DNA from: Nitrospirota bacterium
Lineage (GTDB): Bacteria; Nitrospirota; UBA9217
Direction of reading: 5' to 3'
DNA: 64,000 bases
Assembly: GCA_963840455.1 (NCBI GenBank)
Contig: CAWIYV010000009.1
Location: 64,001-128,000, forward strand
Each line of letters starts with the position of its first letter. Within the stretch, counting starts at the first letter, position 1. The notes below the pieces were generated by a model. It was not told the origin of the DNA. It saw only the letters and a program-made list of their open reading frames with translations, and did not search any database. A program made the position numbers and the translations under genes. Below, piece after piece: positions 1-12,249 of this stretch.

Positions 1-1
1 T

Positions 2-358
2 ATAGACGCCTGGCTCCCTGCGTTCATTTTGCTTGACGTCTTCGCGTTCGTCGGAATCGGGATGATCCTCACCCGCTTTGTGAAGGAGGCGCAGAGCGCC
101 GCCGCCGCGGCAAACGCCATCAGTTACCCGATGATGTTCCTCTCGGGGAGCTTCTTCCCTATCGAATTGATGCCGGGGTTCCTGCAGAAGATCGCCAAGA
201 CACTGCCGCTGTATTACGTGAACGAGGGGCTCCGGGCATCGATGGTATTTGAAGACAACATGGCCGCGCTGCGTTACGCCGCGGTCATAGGGGTTTTTGC
301 TGCCGTGGTCTTCATCCTGGGCATACTAGCCAACAAATGGGAAGAGGGCCGATCATAG
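2..358 (+). CDS. ABC-2 type transporter permease, C-terminal part (5' truncated by window edge)
   Basis: Frame open from the window start; hydrophobic helices with the PMMFLSGSFFP...PLYY...GLR motif of ABC-2 permeases. Confidence 0.85.
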   Translation: MDAWLPAFILLDVFAFVGIGMILTRFVKEAQSAAAAANAISYPMMFLSGSFFPIELMPGFLQKIAKTLPLYYVNEGLRASMVFEDNMAALRYAAVIGVFAAVVFILGILANKWEEGRS

Positions 359-453
359 CGTAGTACTCCCTTCGCACGGTCACGCACGGGAGGAGATTCA
401 GCAAAACAGGCATTGGTTGATTTTATGGAAAGTAACATTGGAGAGGTGAAAAC

Positions 454-1806
454 ATGAAGATAAAACTTATCGCACCCCATGAGAACCGTAAAGATGCTCT
501 ATCCAGCCCTTTCAAGTTCCAGAGGGTAAATCTGCCTCTTCTGGCGGCGCTCACCCCGCATGGCCATACGATAACCATTGTCGAGGAAGCTCATGCTCCT
601 GATGACATCGATCAAGATGTGGATCTGGTGGGCATCACCGTCCTGACCGAACTTGCGCTCAGGGCCTATGACATCGCTGACACCTATCGCAAGAAGGGCG
701 TGAAGGTGGTGATGGGAGGAATGCATCCCACGGTATTGCCTGACGAAGCTTTAAAACATGCAGACGCGGTAGTCGTGGGAGAAGCGGAGGGCGTCTGGCC
801 GCAACTTGTATCGGATGCCGCATCGGGACAGATGCAAAAAATATATCAGGCCGGTAAAATGACCGATCTCAGAGGTCTGCCGAAGCCACGGAGAGATCTC
901 TTCCCCGGAACCAACGGCAGAGGTTATATTCCGATCCCGACCGGCGTCGAGACATCCCGAGGGTGTCCGAATGATTGCGAATTCTGTTGCATTGGTTCGA
1001 CCTTGGGGAAGCAATATCGAGTCAGGCCGGTTCACGAGGTGATCGCCGAGATAGAGTCCATTGATTCCCCCCACCTTTTCTTCGTCGATGACGCCCTTGG
1101 ACTGAACCGGGATGTAGCGAAAAAGCTCTTTACGGAAATGATACCTCTTCGGAAGAGATGGCTGGCGCAGGGGACCGTGTCGCTGGCCGAGGACCCGGAG
1201 CTGCTCAGCTTGATGAAACGTTCGGGGTGCCTGGGGCTTTTGATCGGGTTCGAATCGGTGCAGAAAGCAACACAGAATGAGGTGAAGAAAATAAAGAACT
1301 TGAAGATCGATTTTTATGAGGCCATGCGTCGATTCCATGGCGAAGGTTTCGGAATACTCGGCTCCTTTGTTTTCGGATTTGATTACGAGAACAAGGATGT
1401 GTTCGAGCAGACCCTTGAGTTCATCATGGGATCACACATGGATGTCGTCCAGTTGAGGATCCTCACTCCCTATCCGGGAACACGGTTATATACGCGTCTC
1501 TTGAGCGAAGGCAGGTTGTTTGAGCGTGATTGGTGGCTCCGTGGATATCCTCCTGATACACTCCTTTATCAGCCAAAAGGAATGACTGCTGACGAGCTCA
1601 TTAGCGGTTACGCCCGCTTGAACAGACAAGCCTATTCCTGGGGCGCAATGATGAAACGATTCCTTGGCATGACCCCATGGAAGCGGACTCTTTTGGGTTG
1701 CCAGGCGTTCACAGGGGTAAATCTATCCACCCGTAAACGGTATTTCAATGGCCTGAAGAATCCACAACCATATGCCGGGGCTTCTAGACCGATAGGAGCG
1801 CAGTAG
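454..1806 (+). CDS. B12-binding domain radical SAM protein
   Basis: N-terminal cobalamin-binding-like domain (GGMHPT..P.EA), TSRGCPNDCEFC CxxxCxxC motif, TPYPGT; RBS GAGGTG. Confidence 0.9.
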   Translation: MKIKLIAPHENRKDALSSPFKFQRVNLPLLAALTPHGHTITIVEEAHAPDDIDQDVDLVGITVLTELALRAYDIADTYRKKGVKVVMGGMHPTVLPDEALKHADAVVVGEAEGVWPQLVSDAASGQMQKIYQAGKMTDLRGLPKPRRDLFPGTNGRGYIPIPTGVETSRGCPNDCEFCCIGSTLGKQYRVRPVHEVIAEIESIDSPHLFFVDDALGLNRDVAKKLFTEMIPLRKRWLAQGTVSLAEDPELLSLMKRSGCLGLLIGFESVQKATQNEVKKIKNLKIDFYEAMRRFHGEGFGILGSFVFGFDYENKDVFEQTLEFIMGSHMDVVQLRILTPYPGTRLYTRLLSEGRLFERDWWLRGYPPDTLLYQPKGMTADELISGYARLNRQAYSWGAMMKRFLGMTPWKRTLLGCQAFTGVNLSTRKRYFNGLKNPQPYAGASRPIGAQ

Positions 1807-2226
1807 ATAGCAACCATGAAAAAGCAGGAAAAATGTTGTGGTAGTCCATTTAAAAAGGGTATATTTAAAAAAAGACATCATTTTAGATTGTTCGTATAAA
1901 TTGGATCGTTCGTATAAAGAAGTAACCAATCAACCAAAAAAAGAGAGTGTAATAGAACATTACTGACAGTGATAAGTAGTCGCTTCCAAGCGACACAGAT
2001 TCTTGCATAAGCTTAACTCAACATCAATTATCATTCATTGCTTGAGGTTCATCTTTCCTATAAGCTATTGTTTTGATTTGCATTAAACTGTGTTTATTCT
2101 ATCCGTGCGAATTTGTAATACAAATTCCTACATAGAATCCGGCATGATCCTACAGATTAATCAGACGTCGTCCCTTTCCATTTTTTCTGCTGTACAGTAT
2201 ACTATAACAATAACATAGATACTTCA

Positions 2227-2312
2227 GAGCTTGTTGCACGAAAGCTGACGCAGCCCGGATTATCCTTACAGGTCCTGCAAAGGATCTCGATTTTCTTTTG
2301 TGCAACAGGCTC
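2227..2312. mobile_element. MITE-like element / IS remnant with 18-bp terminal inverted repeats
   Basis: GAGCTTGTTGCACGAAAG (2227-2244) matches the reverse complement of CTTTTGTGCAACAGGCTC (2295-2312) at 16/18 positions; no ORF inside. Confidence 0.5.
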
Positions 2313-2355
2313 GCATCGGCATATGATGCTGCATGAGTAATGGGATCCACAGAAC

Positions 2356-4461
<2,106 letters not shown>

Positions 4462-4605
4462 CAAAGGGTTCATTCTGGAAGAGAGCATTTGGACAGGTCT
4501 CCAGAAACTGGGCGCTGCTCAGCGACAGCTGATGAACACGGATTTATAGGGAAAAGTCATTCAGGAACTAACCAATGAGAGAATACCCAAAATTCAAACC
4601 GGCAT

Positions 4606-4686
4606 GCCCTCCTCTCCTCAATCCTCTCCCCGAGGGGAAAAGACGCTGATTTCTCTCTCGCCCCATGGGAAAAAGGCTCAGGGTAG
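4606..4686. repeat. Degenerate REP-like intergenic repeat (CCCTCTCCCC..GGGG / CTCTCGCCCC..GGGA type)
   Basis: Two related pyrimidine/purine hairpin half-sites in the intergenic region. Confidence 0.3.
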
Positions 4687-5105
4687 TATTCCAGCACTCA
4701 CTCCATCGGGAGGAGTTTATCAGAACCGCGGACCGCATACCTGCTGCTACGATGCACCCCCGTTATTCCTCGATCACGTTGTTTTTCAGCCCTATCCTCC
4801 TCTTTGCCGGTATTCATGGCGCGAGCGCTGGTAATGCAACCAAACACGGCAGCATCATACGCTCTTCGCTCCGGACATGCACTGCGCTGCCGATGTTCCG
4901 GCTGTTCGGCGGCTGTCTTCATGGAAACCTGCAGCGTACAGAGGTTTGAAATGAGTGTAAATCCTTGAACGTGAACAGAGCGCAGAAAATGCTCGAGGAC
5001 CTGCAGGAACACCAGACGAACACGCGCTGGCCTGACGTGAATGTGCCGTGCCCGCGCAATCCCCGCTCCTCTGGAGCGGGAACAAGCGGGCATGGTGAAA
5101 ATACA

Positions 5106-6407
5106 ATGTCTCCTGACACGGGGAAGGATCCTCGCTGCTCTGCTGCGGGATTCTTCAAACATGCTTGCATTCTCTCCAGCTTCTTGATCCTGCTCCTTTC
5201 CGCTCAAGCGACGTTCGCGGACAGTTCTCTCCTCCCCGACCGGCGCAAGGACCAGTTCCCCACCGTGCCCGGCTGGCTCATTGCGCCGTACGTTTTTGAT
5301 TATCCCGGCGTCGGGAAGGGCTACGGCATCGTGGGGGGAGCAGCGAACATCGGCGGCACGTATACGACCGTCGGAGGAACCGTCTTCACCGGCGACGTCA
5401 AGGGCCAGGCCGCCGGCATTTACAGCATCCATCTCATTCCCCGACAGCTGATCCTGGACGCCGGCGCGGTCCATGTGAGCAGCATAACGCAACTAAGCTA
5501 TAGTCAGCGGGGCATGGGAACGGAGAAGCACGATTATACACTGCTTGAATACGGGAACGATACGTTCGGTGGATCACGCCTCACGTCCACCTTCTTTGAA
5601 CGGAGGTTCGAACTCTACGCTGCATTTTACGGCGGCCATGCACAGTTCAAGTCGATCCGTGACGGGGACGGAAATATCATCATCGAGGCCCAGGACGCAG
5701 CCAAGACCCGTACCCTGACCACCGTCTTCGGAACGCGCTTCGACATGACCGACGATTATCTCGATCCCCGCCGGGGTTTCCGCTTCGAGATGAGCCGCTG
5801 GAGTACGCCGCCTATGGATCTAGGGCCCGATTTCTTCTACATGGACTATAGTGCCACGGCCTATGTCCCGCTCGGGAAGGCGAGCACCTGGGCGTTCAAC
5901 TATTTCCGGTCCGATGCCTGCGTGCTGAGCAAGGGAGAAACGAATCCCGACGCGATTGCCCAGCACCTGGGCCTGAACTGCAGCACCATCGCGGATCCAC
6001 AGCAGCAGGCGCAGTGCCAGCAGGTCATTAATAACGAAATTGTTGCGAATACGTACGGCACCGCCAGTTCCCTGGGCGGGCTCAACCGTTTGCGGTCCTA
6101 TCCCGAAGGGCGCTACAAAGGCGCGCACATGCAATTTATCGGGACCGAGATCCGCTGGAACGTCACGGAAGAATACACACCGTTCAATATCGTTGTCATA
6201 AAGGACGTCCGCACGGCCTTCCAGATCGCTCCGTTCTACGAGATCGGGACGGTGGCGGACCTGCGGAGCGAACTCTGGGACACCACCCGTTCTTCCTACG
6301 GCGTCGGGTTCCGCATGGTGACCGCGTCAGGGCTGGTGTACCGGCTCGACCTCGCATCGGGAAACGAAGGCTTCCAATCGAGCATCTTCTTCCAATATCC
6401 CTGGTGA
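5106..6407 (+). CDS. BamA/TamA-like (surface antigen) outer-membrane beta-barrel protein
   Basis: Signal peptide; D..LDPRRG and LGG.NRLRSYPEGRY motifs; amphipathic strands; aromatic C-terminus (FFQYPW). Start uncertain (4965 or 5106). Confidence 0.65.
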   Translation: MSPDTGKDPRCSAAGFFKHACILSSFLILLLSAQATFADSSLLPDRRKDQFPTVPGWLIAPYVFDYPGVGKGYGIVGGAANIGGTYTTVGGTVFTGDVKGQAAGIYSIHLIPRQLILDAGAVHVSSITQLSYSQRGMGTEKHDYTLLEYGNDTFGGSRLTSTFFERRFELYAAFYGGHAQFKSIRDGDGNIIIEAQDAAKTRTLTTVFGTRFDMTDDYLDPRRGFRFEMSRWSTPPMDLGPDFFYMDYSATAYVPLGKASTWAFNYFRSDACVLSKGETNPDAIAQHLGLNCSTIADPQQQAQCQQVINNEIVANTYGTASSLGGLNRLRSYPEGRYKGAHMQFIGTEIRWNVTEEYTPFNIVVIKDVRTAFQIAPFYEIGTVADLRSELWDTTRSSYGVGFRMVTASGLVYRLDLASGNEGFQSSIFFQYPW

Positions 6408-6653
6408 TGGTAAGGATCGACCATGATGAGGTATGATTTCCGTCGATGTGTATTGACTATCAATTTATCACGAATGAACCAATCGATTACAACATAAGAC
6501 TTATAAAAGCATATAGCTTCGCGACCCGTCGTATTTGACGGTTCCGTTCCATATGACAGCTGTCTCTGATGGTTTCCCCTTCCTCGCAATCCATCGATCT
6601 CAACATTATTCCAAACAATCAATGCCTTGCTCTTGCAAAGTTCGTGGTTTTTC

Positions 6654-6670
6654 TTGGCACAAGAGTTGTA
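6654..6670 (+). promoter_or_regulatory. Putative sigma54 -24/-12 promoter for the BON/small-protein operon
   Basis: TTGGCACAAGAGTTGTA = GG-N10-GT, one mismatch from TGGCAC-N5-TTGC; a sigma54 activator gene lies upstream. Confidence 0.5.
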
Positions 6671-6822
6671 ATACCTCTTGGCGGAAGCGGTTAGCGGGCT
6701 GATTTTAGGCAGGATTACGGTGTGAAAGGAGGATAAGAAGGTAAGACGTGCAATTCAGCCTGTCCTCATTAAAGAGTCAAAAAGGCAAGAACAAAACGCA
6801 AAAACAAAAAGGAGAAATGACG

Positions 6823-7584
6823 ATGAAGAAAACGATTTATTCTGCAGCTCTGATGGCGGCCGCGTTCGCTCTGCTGGTGTACAGCGTGCCCGTGAACGCG
6901 TCCAAGACGGATGACCGCATCGAGTCATCGGCCAAGAAGTCTTATAATTTTAAAACTTACCTCAAGGACGATGATATTAAGATCCAGTCCAAGGATGGCG
7001 TCGTAACCCTGACGGGGACTGTCGCTGAAGAATCCCACAAATCTTTAGCCAAGGAGACCGTGGCGGGCCTGCCCGGGGTCAAAAGCGTGGACAACAAGCT
7101 GGAGGTCAAAGGCACGCCCCCCCCGGAAAACTCGGATGCGTGGCTAACTACGAAGGTGAAAACCACGCTCTTGTTCCATACGAGCGTGAGTGCCGGGAAG
7201 ACCGAAGTTGAAACCAAAGACGGCATCGTGACCCTGCGAGGCAATGCTACAAGCCAGGCGCAAAAGGAGCTGACGACCGAATACGCCAAGGATGTCGAGG
7301 GGGTCAAAGACGTCAAAAATGAGATGACCGTGTCGAAGACCGGAAAAAAGACACCCGAGACAACGGGTGAAAAGATCGATGACGCGTCCATCACCGCCCA
7401 GGTCAAGACGGCGCTGTTGTTCCATCGCTCGACCAGCGCCTTCCAAACCACGGTCACGACGAAACGCGGCGCGGTAACCGTGGGAGGAAAGGCCAAGAAT
7501 GCTGCCGAAAAGGACCTGGTCACGAAACTCGTCAAAGATATAAACGGTGTGAAGAGTGTCAAGAACCGGATGACCATCGAGTAG
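6823..7584 (+). CDS. Triple BON-domain (OsmY-like) periplasmic protein
   Basis: Signal peptide followed by three BON repeats (D..IT.KVK..L...G.VTL.G...V.GVK.V.N). Confidence 0.9.
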   Translation: MKKTIYSAALMAAAFALLVYSVPVNASKTDDRIESSAKKSYNFKTYLKDDDIKIQSKDGVVTLTGTVAEESHKSLAKETVAGLPGVKSVDNKLEVKGTPPPENSDAWLTTKVKTTLLFHTSVSAGKTEVETKDGIVTLRGNATSQAQKELTTEYAKDVEGVKDVKNEMTVSKTGKKTPETTGEKIDDASITAQVKTALLFHRSTSAFQTTVTTKRGAVTVGGKAKNAAEKDLVTKLVKDINGVKSVKNRMTIE

Positions 7585-7667
7585 TTTGAGTCAAATACCA
7601 AATAGGCTGCCGGCTCGATGACCCGCAGGGCGGGGCATCGAGCCCGAGCAAGCCAAAGGAGGCTCCA

Positions 7668-7817
7668 ATGTTGTGGACAATTGCTGTGATACTGTTAGTT
7701 CTCTGGGCGTTAGGGTTGGTGAGCAGTTACACCATGGGAGGGTTTGTTCACATCCTGCTGGTTGTTGCCCTGGTCGTGATTGTGATCGGCTTCATTCAAG
7801 GGCGCGGGAGGTCGTAA
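7668..7817 (+). CDS. lmo0937-family small membrane protein (49 aa)
   Basis: Read directly: MLWTIAVILLVLWALGLVSSYTMGGFVHILLVVALVVIVIGFIQGRGRS; RBS AAGGAGG; not in ORF track. Confidence 0.85.
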   Translation: MLWTIAVILLVLWALGLVSSYTMGGFVHILLVVALVVIVIGFIQGRGRS

Positions 7818-7847
7818 GCTGAACTGACGATGTGAAGGAGGTGTGAA

Positions 7848-8069
7848 TTGAAAACGTATGCATGGATAGGCATTATCCTCATTGTAGTGGGGATCGTAGC
7901 CTTTGCATACCATGGCATCAGCATCACGACAAGGGAAAACGTCGTTGATCTCGGTCCCGTCCAAGTGACGGCCGATAAGACGAGAACGCTTCCGCTGACA
8001 CCGATCGCGGGCGGTGTTGCGCTCGTGGGCGGCATCGTGCTGCTGGTCATGGGAAGCAAAAAGGGCTGA
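7848..8069 (+). CDS. DUF3185-like small membrane protein
   Basis: TM helix, then T.E.VVDLGP..VT, then TM helix; RBS AAGGAGGT; TTG start. Confidence 0.75.
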   Translation: MKTYAWIGIILIVVGIVAFAYHGISITTRENVVDLGPVQVTADKTRTLPLTPIAGGVALVGGIVLLVMGSKKG

Positions 8070-8112
8070 TCGGAGGAAATGCGTTTCGATCACCGGGGTT
8101 ATGAAGGACAAA

Positions 8113-8158
8113 TTTGAGGAACGAAGATTCCCTGCAGCTTGCCGCAGGGAGCTTCAAT
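8113..8158 (+). repeat. Dispersed palindromic element, copy 1
   Basis: TTTGAGGAACGAAGATTCCCTGCAGCTTGCCGCAGGGAGCTTCAAT matches 40356-40401. Confidence 0.7.
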
Positions 8159-8204
8159 AGTGTCCATGTGGCTGAACGTTGTCTGATAAAAAGGGAGGAG
8201 CGAT

Positions 8205-8360
8205 ATGCTGGGAACGATCTTGATCGTTGTCGTGGTCTTGATGCTGTTGGGCGCACTGCCCACGTGGCCTCACAGCCGACAGTGGGGCTACGGCCCGACC
8301 GGCGGGTTGAGCTTGGTCCTGGTGATCCTGATCATCCTGCTGCTCCTGGGCCGGCTTTAG
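8205..8360 (+). CDS. DUF3309-family small membrane protein (51 aa)
   Basis: Read directly: MLGTILIVVVVLMLLGALPTWPHSRQWGYGPTGGLSLVLVILIILLLLGRL; RBS GGAGGAG. Confidence 0.85.
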   Translation: MLGTILIVVVVLMLLGALPTWPHSRQWGYGPTGGLSLVLVILIILLLLGRL

Positions 8361-8429
8361 GCGTCCGGGCACGTCTGGTGCCACGCGCAGAATTTGACAA
8401 CAAATGTCCTTGAAAGCAGAGCGGAGAGT

Positions 8430-8479
8430 TTGAATCCAGGAGCGGGCACATTCCCTGCATCTGCTGCAGGAATATTCAA
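8430..8479 (+). repeat. Dispersed palindromic element, copy 2
   Basis: TTGAATCCAGGAGCGGGCACATTCCCTGCATCTGCTGCAGGAATATTCAA is similar to 40283-40325 and to the reverse complement of 59350-59396. Confidence 0.65.
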
Positions 8480-8655
8480 CAGCAAACCGGCTGTGTTCAG
8501 CGGCGCATGACCGGGAGCGGAGCGATGAGGCCTGCGGCAGCAAGAAGAAAGAGCAGCTCGGCGGGAGCCCTGGCCGCGATCTCATTACGGGGACTACCGG
8601 GGGGCCGACATACCGGCGGTCAAACCCCGTAAATACGCAAGGCAGGAGGAATACC

Positions 8656-8835
8656 ATGAAATCCAGCACGAAGGACCAGGCAGAAGGCAAATTTCACAAT
8701 GTAAAGGGTAAGCTCAGGGAGGTCGCCGGGAAACTCAGCGATAATCCCGAACTGGAAGCCGAAGGCAAAGCCGAAAAGATTGCCGGTAAAGTTCAAGAAA
8801 AGTTTGGCCAGGTCAAGAAGGTACTAGGGAAATAG
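8656..8835 (+). CDS. csbD: CsbD-family general stress protein (59 aa)
   Basis: MKSSTKDQAEGKFHNVKGKLREVAGKLSDNPELEAEGKAEKIAGKVQEKFGQVKKVLGK; RBS AGGAGG; not in ORF track. Confidence 0.9.
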   Translation: MKSSTKDQAEGKFHNVKGKLREVAGKLSDNPELEAEGKAEKIAGKVQEKFGQVKKVLGK

Positions 8836-8981
8836 CGGCGGTGGGCCACTCTCCAACCGATCCCGAAGCCTGCAACGCAAAGCGCAAGAGATCGATACTG
8901 CTTGCGCTGCTGGACTCAGTCCAGAGAAGTCCATAGGTAACGGGAATAATGAATAATCCCAGAGCAATTGAGGAGGATATT

Positions 8982-9344
8982 ATGAGAAACCTGATAAAAA
9001 TAACAGCAATTTGGTCATTGCTTATCATCGCTGGCTTACTGAGCGGATGCGGGAGCGGTGGCACCGAACAAGTGGCCAGGAACCAGGGTGACGTCGCCAT
9101 TACCGTAACAGACGGTGCCAGTGCGCCGTTGGCGGGAGTGCTAGTTCAAGTAAGACAAACTGCGGGGACAGGGGCATTTACTAACGTCGGAACTACTGAC
9201 ACAGCAGGCAAACTTACCTTCACGGGGGACGCTGGTAAAGATTACTTCTTTACCTTCAGCCTGGCCGGATTCGCGACGCAGACCGATATTCTAAGAACTC
9301 CACAGTTGACCTCGACGGTTGCCCTCAATGTAACAATGATTTAG
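8982..9344 (+). CDS. Lipoprotein with a carboxypeptidase-regulatory / transthyretin-like beta-sandwich domain
   Basis: Lipobox LSG-C; V.VTD...APLAGV.V...TTD..G...F pattern; RBS GAGGAGG. Confidence 0.7.
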   Translation: MRNLIKITAIWSLLIIAGLLSGCGSGGTEQVARNQGDVAITVTDGASAPLAGVLVQVRQTAGTGAFTNVGTTDTAGKLTFTGDAGKDYFFTFSLAGFATQTDILRTPQLTSTVALNVTMI

Positions 9345-9397
9345 AACGTTTCGAGGCTGATCGGATTATGGGATTTACTGTTGAGGAGGTGTGCGAA

Positions 9398-9517
9398 ATG
9401 GCAAAGAAAAGCAGAGGCGGCAGAATGAAAGCAGCTAAAGCGCGTGCTGCAAAGACGCCTGGTGGAAAAGGTCCGGTAAAGGACCGTCCAGCAGGTAAAC
9501 ACATTATGAAGACGTAA
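9398..9517 (+). CDS. Small, highly basic hypothetical peptide (39 aa)
   Basis: MAKKSRGGRMKAAKARAAKTPGGKGPVKDRPAGKHIMKT; strong RBS GAGGAGGT 7 nt upstream. Confidence 0.6.
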   Translation: MAKKSRGGRMKAAKARAAKTPGGKGPVKDRPAGKHIMKT

Positions 9518-9732
9518 GAGGCATTCATTCACGCTATCAGGGATTTGGCAGGCTGAGTACATTGCTCCAGTCCACTACGCATGCAACGAAACCAGATATC
9601 CTAACGGGGTACGAAAAAGAAGTGAAGACCGACGTTTGTCGGCCTCCCGATCGTCACCCCCACCTTCGGGCGGACCGGTGGCGGCAAGAGAGACCTGCTG
9701 CAATGGAAAAACAGGAAGAGAGAGGTGACGCA

Positions 9733-9977
9733 ATGTTGCAGAAAGAGAGGAATGAAGAAAATAAGGAAATAAAGAGCAAGGCGTATGAGCTTTACGACAA
9801 GAAACACGGCTTTAAGGACGGGAATGACTTTGTTAAAAAAGCATTGCGCCGGAGAGGATCGCGATCATCAGGTATGGCAGGACAAAACCGGCAGTGTATG
9901 AAGTGAAACCCGGTGACATTAACGCAAAAGAGGCAAAAGCGAACATGCGAGTTCTATTTGAGGTTGTTGTTAAATAG
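9733..9977 (+). pseudogene. Internally deleted DUF2934 / OmpA-family relic
   Basis: EIKSKAYELYDKKHG...GNDF (DUF2934-like), then after the A-run near 9835-9840, in another frame, SIAPERIAIIRYGRTKPAVYE...KEAKANMRVLFEVVVK* (OmpA-like C-terminus). Confidence 0.55.
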
Positions 9978-10119
9978 AACGTCAGCGCATCATGGTCTGC
10001 CGGGAAAATGAAATGTATGTTGATAGCTTCCATGGCGGCAGTATAGTTGTGACCCGCTGGACAATAGGTAAGGTGTCCCTTCAATTTTTTAACGTGGTAT
10101 CCACGGGGGCAGAAGCGAT

Positions 10120-12249
10120 ATGGCGAATCGAATTTTGATCATCACGTGCGATGCCACCGATGCCAAGGTGCTGGAGGATGTGCTCGTCAATGCAAAAGAC
10201 GGTCCCTTCGCCATCGAGTGGGTGACGCAACTGTCCGACGGGCTCAAACGGCTGAGCGCAGGCGGCATCGACGCGATTATGACGGACCTGTCACTGCCCG
10301 ACAGCCGGGGCATCGAAACATTCGACAAGTTGTTCGCCGTTGCGCCTCACACGCCGATCATGGTGCTCAGTGCGCTGGAAGACGAAACGCCCGCTACGGA
10401 AGCGGTGCAGCGCGGTGCGCAAGGATATCTCGCGAAAGAGCACTTTGGGAGCTACCTGGTGCCGCAAGCGCTGCGCAATATTATCCAGCGCAAGGTGATC
10501 GAGGAAACGTTCTACATAGAAAAAGCGCGCGCCGAGATCACACTCAACTCGATCAGCGATGCGGTCATCGGCACCGATATGTCGGGCAATGTCGACTATC
10601 TGAACGTTGCGGCGGAAAGCATGACCGGATGGTCGCGGGAAGAAGCGCGCGGGCATCCAATCGGCGAGGTGATGCAGATCATCAATGGCACGACACGCAA
10701 ACCCGAGCCCAATCCGGTCGAATTGGTACTGCAGCAAAACGAACCCATGGGATTGACTGCGGGCACGATGCTGGTCCGGCGCGATGGGACCGAAGCTGCG
10801 ATCGAAGATTCCGCCGCGCCGATCCACGACCTGAGCGGTCAGATTACCGGTGCGGTGATCGTGTTCCATGATATCACGACCGCGCAGGCGATGGCCGCGA
10901 AAATGGCACATCTGGCCCAGCACGATTTCCTGACCAATTTGCCGAACCGCGTGCTGTTGAACGACCGCATCACGCAAGCGATCGCCTTGGCGAAACGGCG
11001 CGGCACGCATCTCGCCGCGCTGTTCCTGGACCTGGACAATTTCAAGCACATCAACGATTCGCTCGGACACGAGATTGGCGACAAACTGCTGCAATCCGTC
11101 GCGCAAGTCCTGTGTGCTTGCGTGCGCGGTTCCGACACGGTAAGCCGGCTGGGAGGCGATGAATTCGTGATACTGGTGACGGAGGACAAGTACGCGGAAG
11201 ACGCTGCCCTGACTGCCGATAAGATACTTGCTGCGCTCGCAGCGCCGCATGCCATTGAACAGCATGTGCTGCATGTGACGGCCAGCATCGGCATCAGCGT
11301 TTATCCCGCGGATGGTCACGATGCGGAAACGATGATCAAGAATGCGGATACCGCGATGTACCAGGCCAAGGAGAAGGGCCGCAACAACTACCAGTTTTTC
11401 AAGAGCGACATGAACGTCCGCGCGGTCGAGCGGCAGGTCATCGAAGCCAATTTGCGGCGTGCGCTGGCGCGGCAGGAGTTCGTATTGCATTACCAGCCGA
11501 AGGTCAATATGGATACCGGCAAGATTACCGGTTCCGAGGTATTACTGCGCTGGATGCATCCGGAGTGGGGCATGATGCTGCCCGATCGCTTCGTGCCCAT
11601 CGCGGAAGATTGCGGCCTGATCGTGCCGATCGGACGCTGGGTGCTGCGGGAAGCATGCGCGCAAGCCAAACGCTGGAAAGACGCGGGACTGAAGCCTGTT
11701 TCGGTCGCCGTCAACATCTCTGCACTGGAATTCCGCCACAAGGATTTCGTTGAAGGCGTGCGCGACATCTTGACCGAAACCGGGCTGGATCCATGCTGCC
11801 TGCAGCTTGAAATTACGGAAAGCGCGTTGATGCGTGATGCCGAGTCCAGCACCTCGATACTTCAGCAGCTCAAGAATATCGGGGTGCAGCTTGCGGTTGA
11901 CGATTTCGGCACCGGCTATTCCAGTTTGAGTTATTTGAATCAGTTTCCGATCGATGTCCTCAAAATCGACGGGTCATTCGTCCATGCCATTGGTTCCACG
12001 AACGGCAATGGCATCATCGTCAGAGCCATAATCGCCATGGGCACCAGCCTGAAGCAACGGGTGGTCGCCGAGGGCGTGGAGGAACAGGCGCAGCTGGCCT
12101 TCCTGAAGGCGCAGCATTGCGAAGAGGGGCAGGGCTACTATTTCAGTCTGCCGCTCATTGCAGAGCAGTTCGCCGCGCTGCTGGTTACGGGGATATCCCG
12201 GAACGGCCGGCAATTAATGCCGTTGTTGCTTGAACCGCAGGAGAATTGA
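10120..12249 (+). CDS. REC-PAS-GGDEF-EAL diguanylate cyclase/phosphodiesterase
   Basis: Receiver domain (DLSLPDS), PAS, intact GGDEF, EAL domain with EVLLR variant and DDFGTGYSSL. Confidence 0.92.
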   Translation: MANRILIITCDATDAKVLEDVLVNAKDGPFAIEWVTQLSDGLKRLSAGGIDAIMTDLSLPDSRGIETFDKLFAVAPHTPIMVLSALEDETPATEAVQRGAQGYLAKEHFGSYLVPQALRNIIQRKVIEETFYIEKARAEITLNSISDAVIGTDMSGNVDYLNVAAESMTGWSREEARGHPIGEVMQIINGTTRKPEPNPVELVLQQNEPMGLTAGTMLVRRDGTEAAIEDSAAPIHDLSGQITGAVIVFHDITTAQAMAAKMAHLAQHDFLTNLPNRVLLNDRITQAIALAKRRGTHLAALFLDLDNFKHINDSLGHEIGDKLLQSVAQVLCACVRGSDTVSRLGGDEFVILVTEDKYAEDAALTADKILAALAAPHAIEQHVLHVTASIGISVYPADGHDAETMIKNADTAMYQAKEKGRNNYQFFKSDMNVRAVERQVIEANLRRALARQEFVLHYQPKVNMDTGKITGSEVLLRWMHPEWGMMLPDRFVPIAEDCGLIVPIGRWVLREACAQAKRWKDAGLKPVSVAVNISALEFRHKDFVEGVRDILTETGLDPCCLQLEITESALMRDAESSTSILQQLKNIGVQLAVDDFGTGYSSLSYLNQFPIDVLKIDGSFVHAIGSTNGNGIIVRAIIAMGTSLKQRVVAEGVEEQAQLAFLKAQHCEEGQGYYFSLPLIAEQFAALLVTGISRNGRQLMPLLLEPQEN

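Noticed and set aside
1889-1918. Direct repeat GTTCGTATAAA x2 in an AT-rich gap
   Set aside because: Only two short units; not a CRISPR array and no assignable regulator
10291-11490. Long antisense and alternative-frame ORFs (e.g. 10291-11490, 3463-4452, 51518-52693, 55291-56478, 60639-61601)
   Set aside because: Shadow ORFs of well-supported genes in GC-rich, codon-biased DNA
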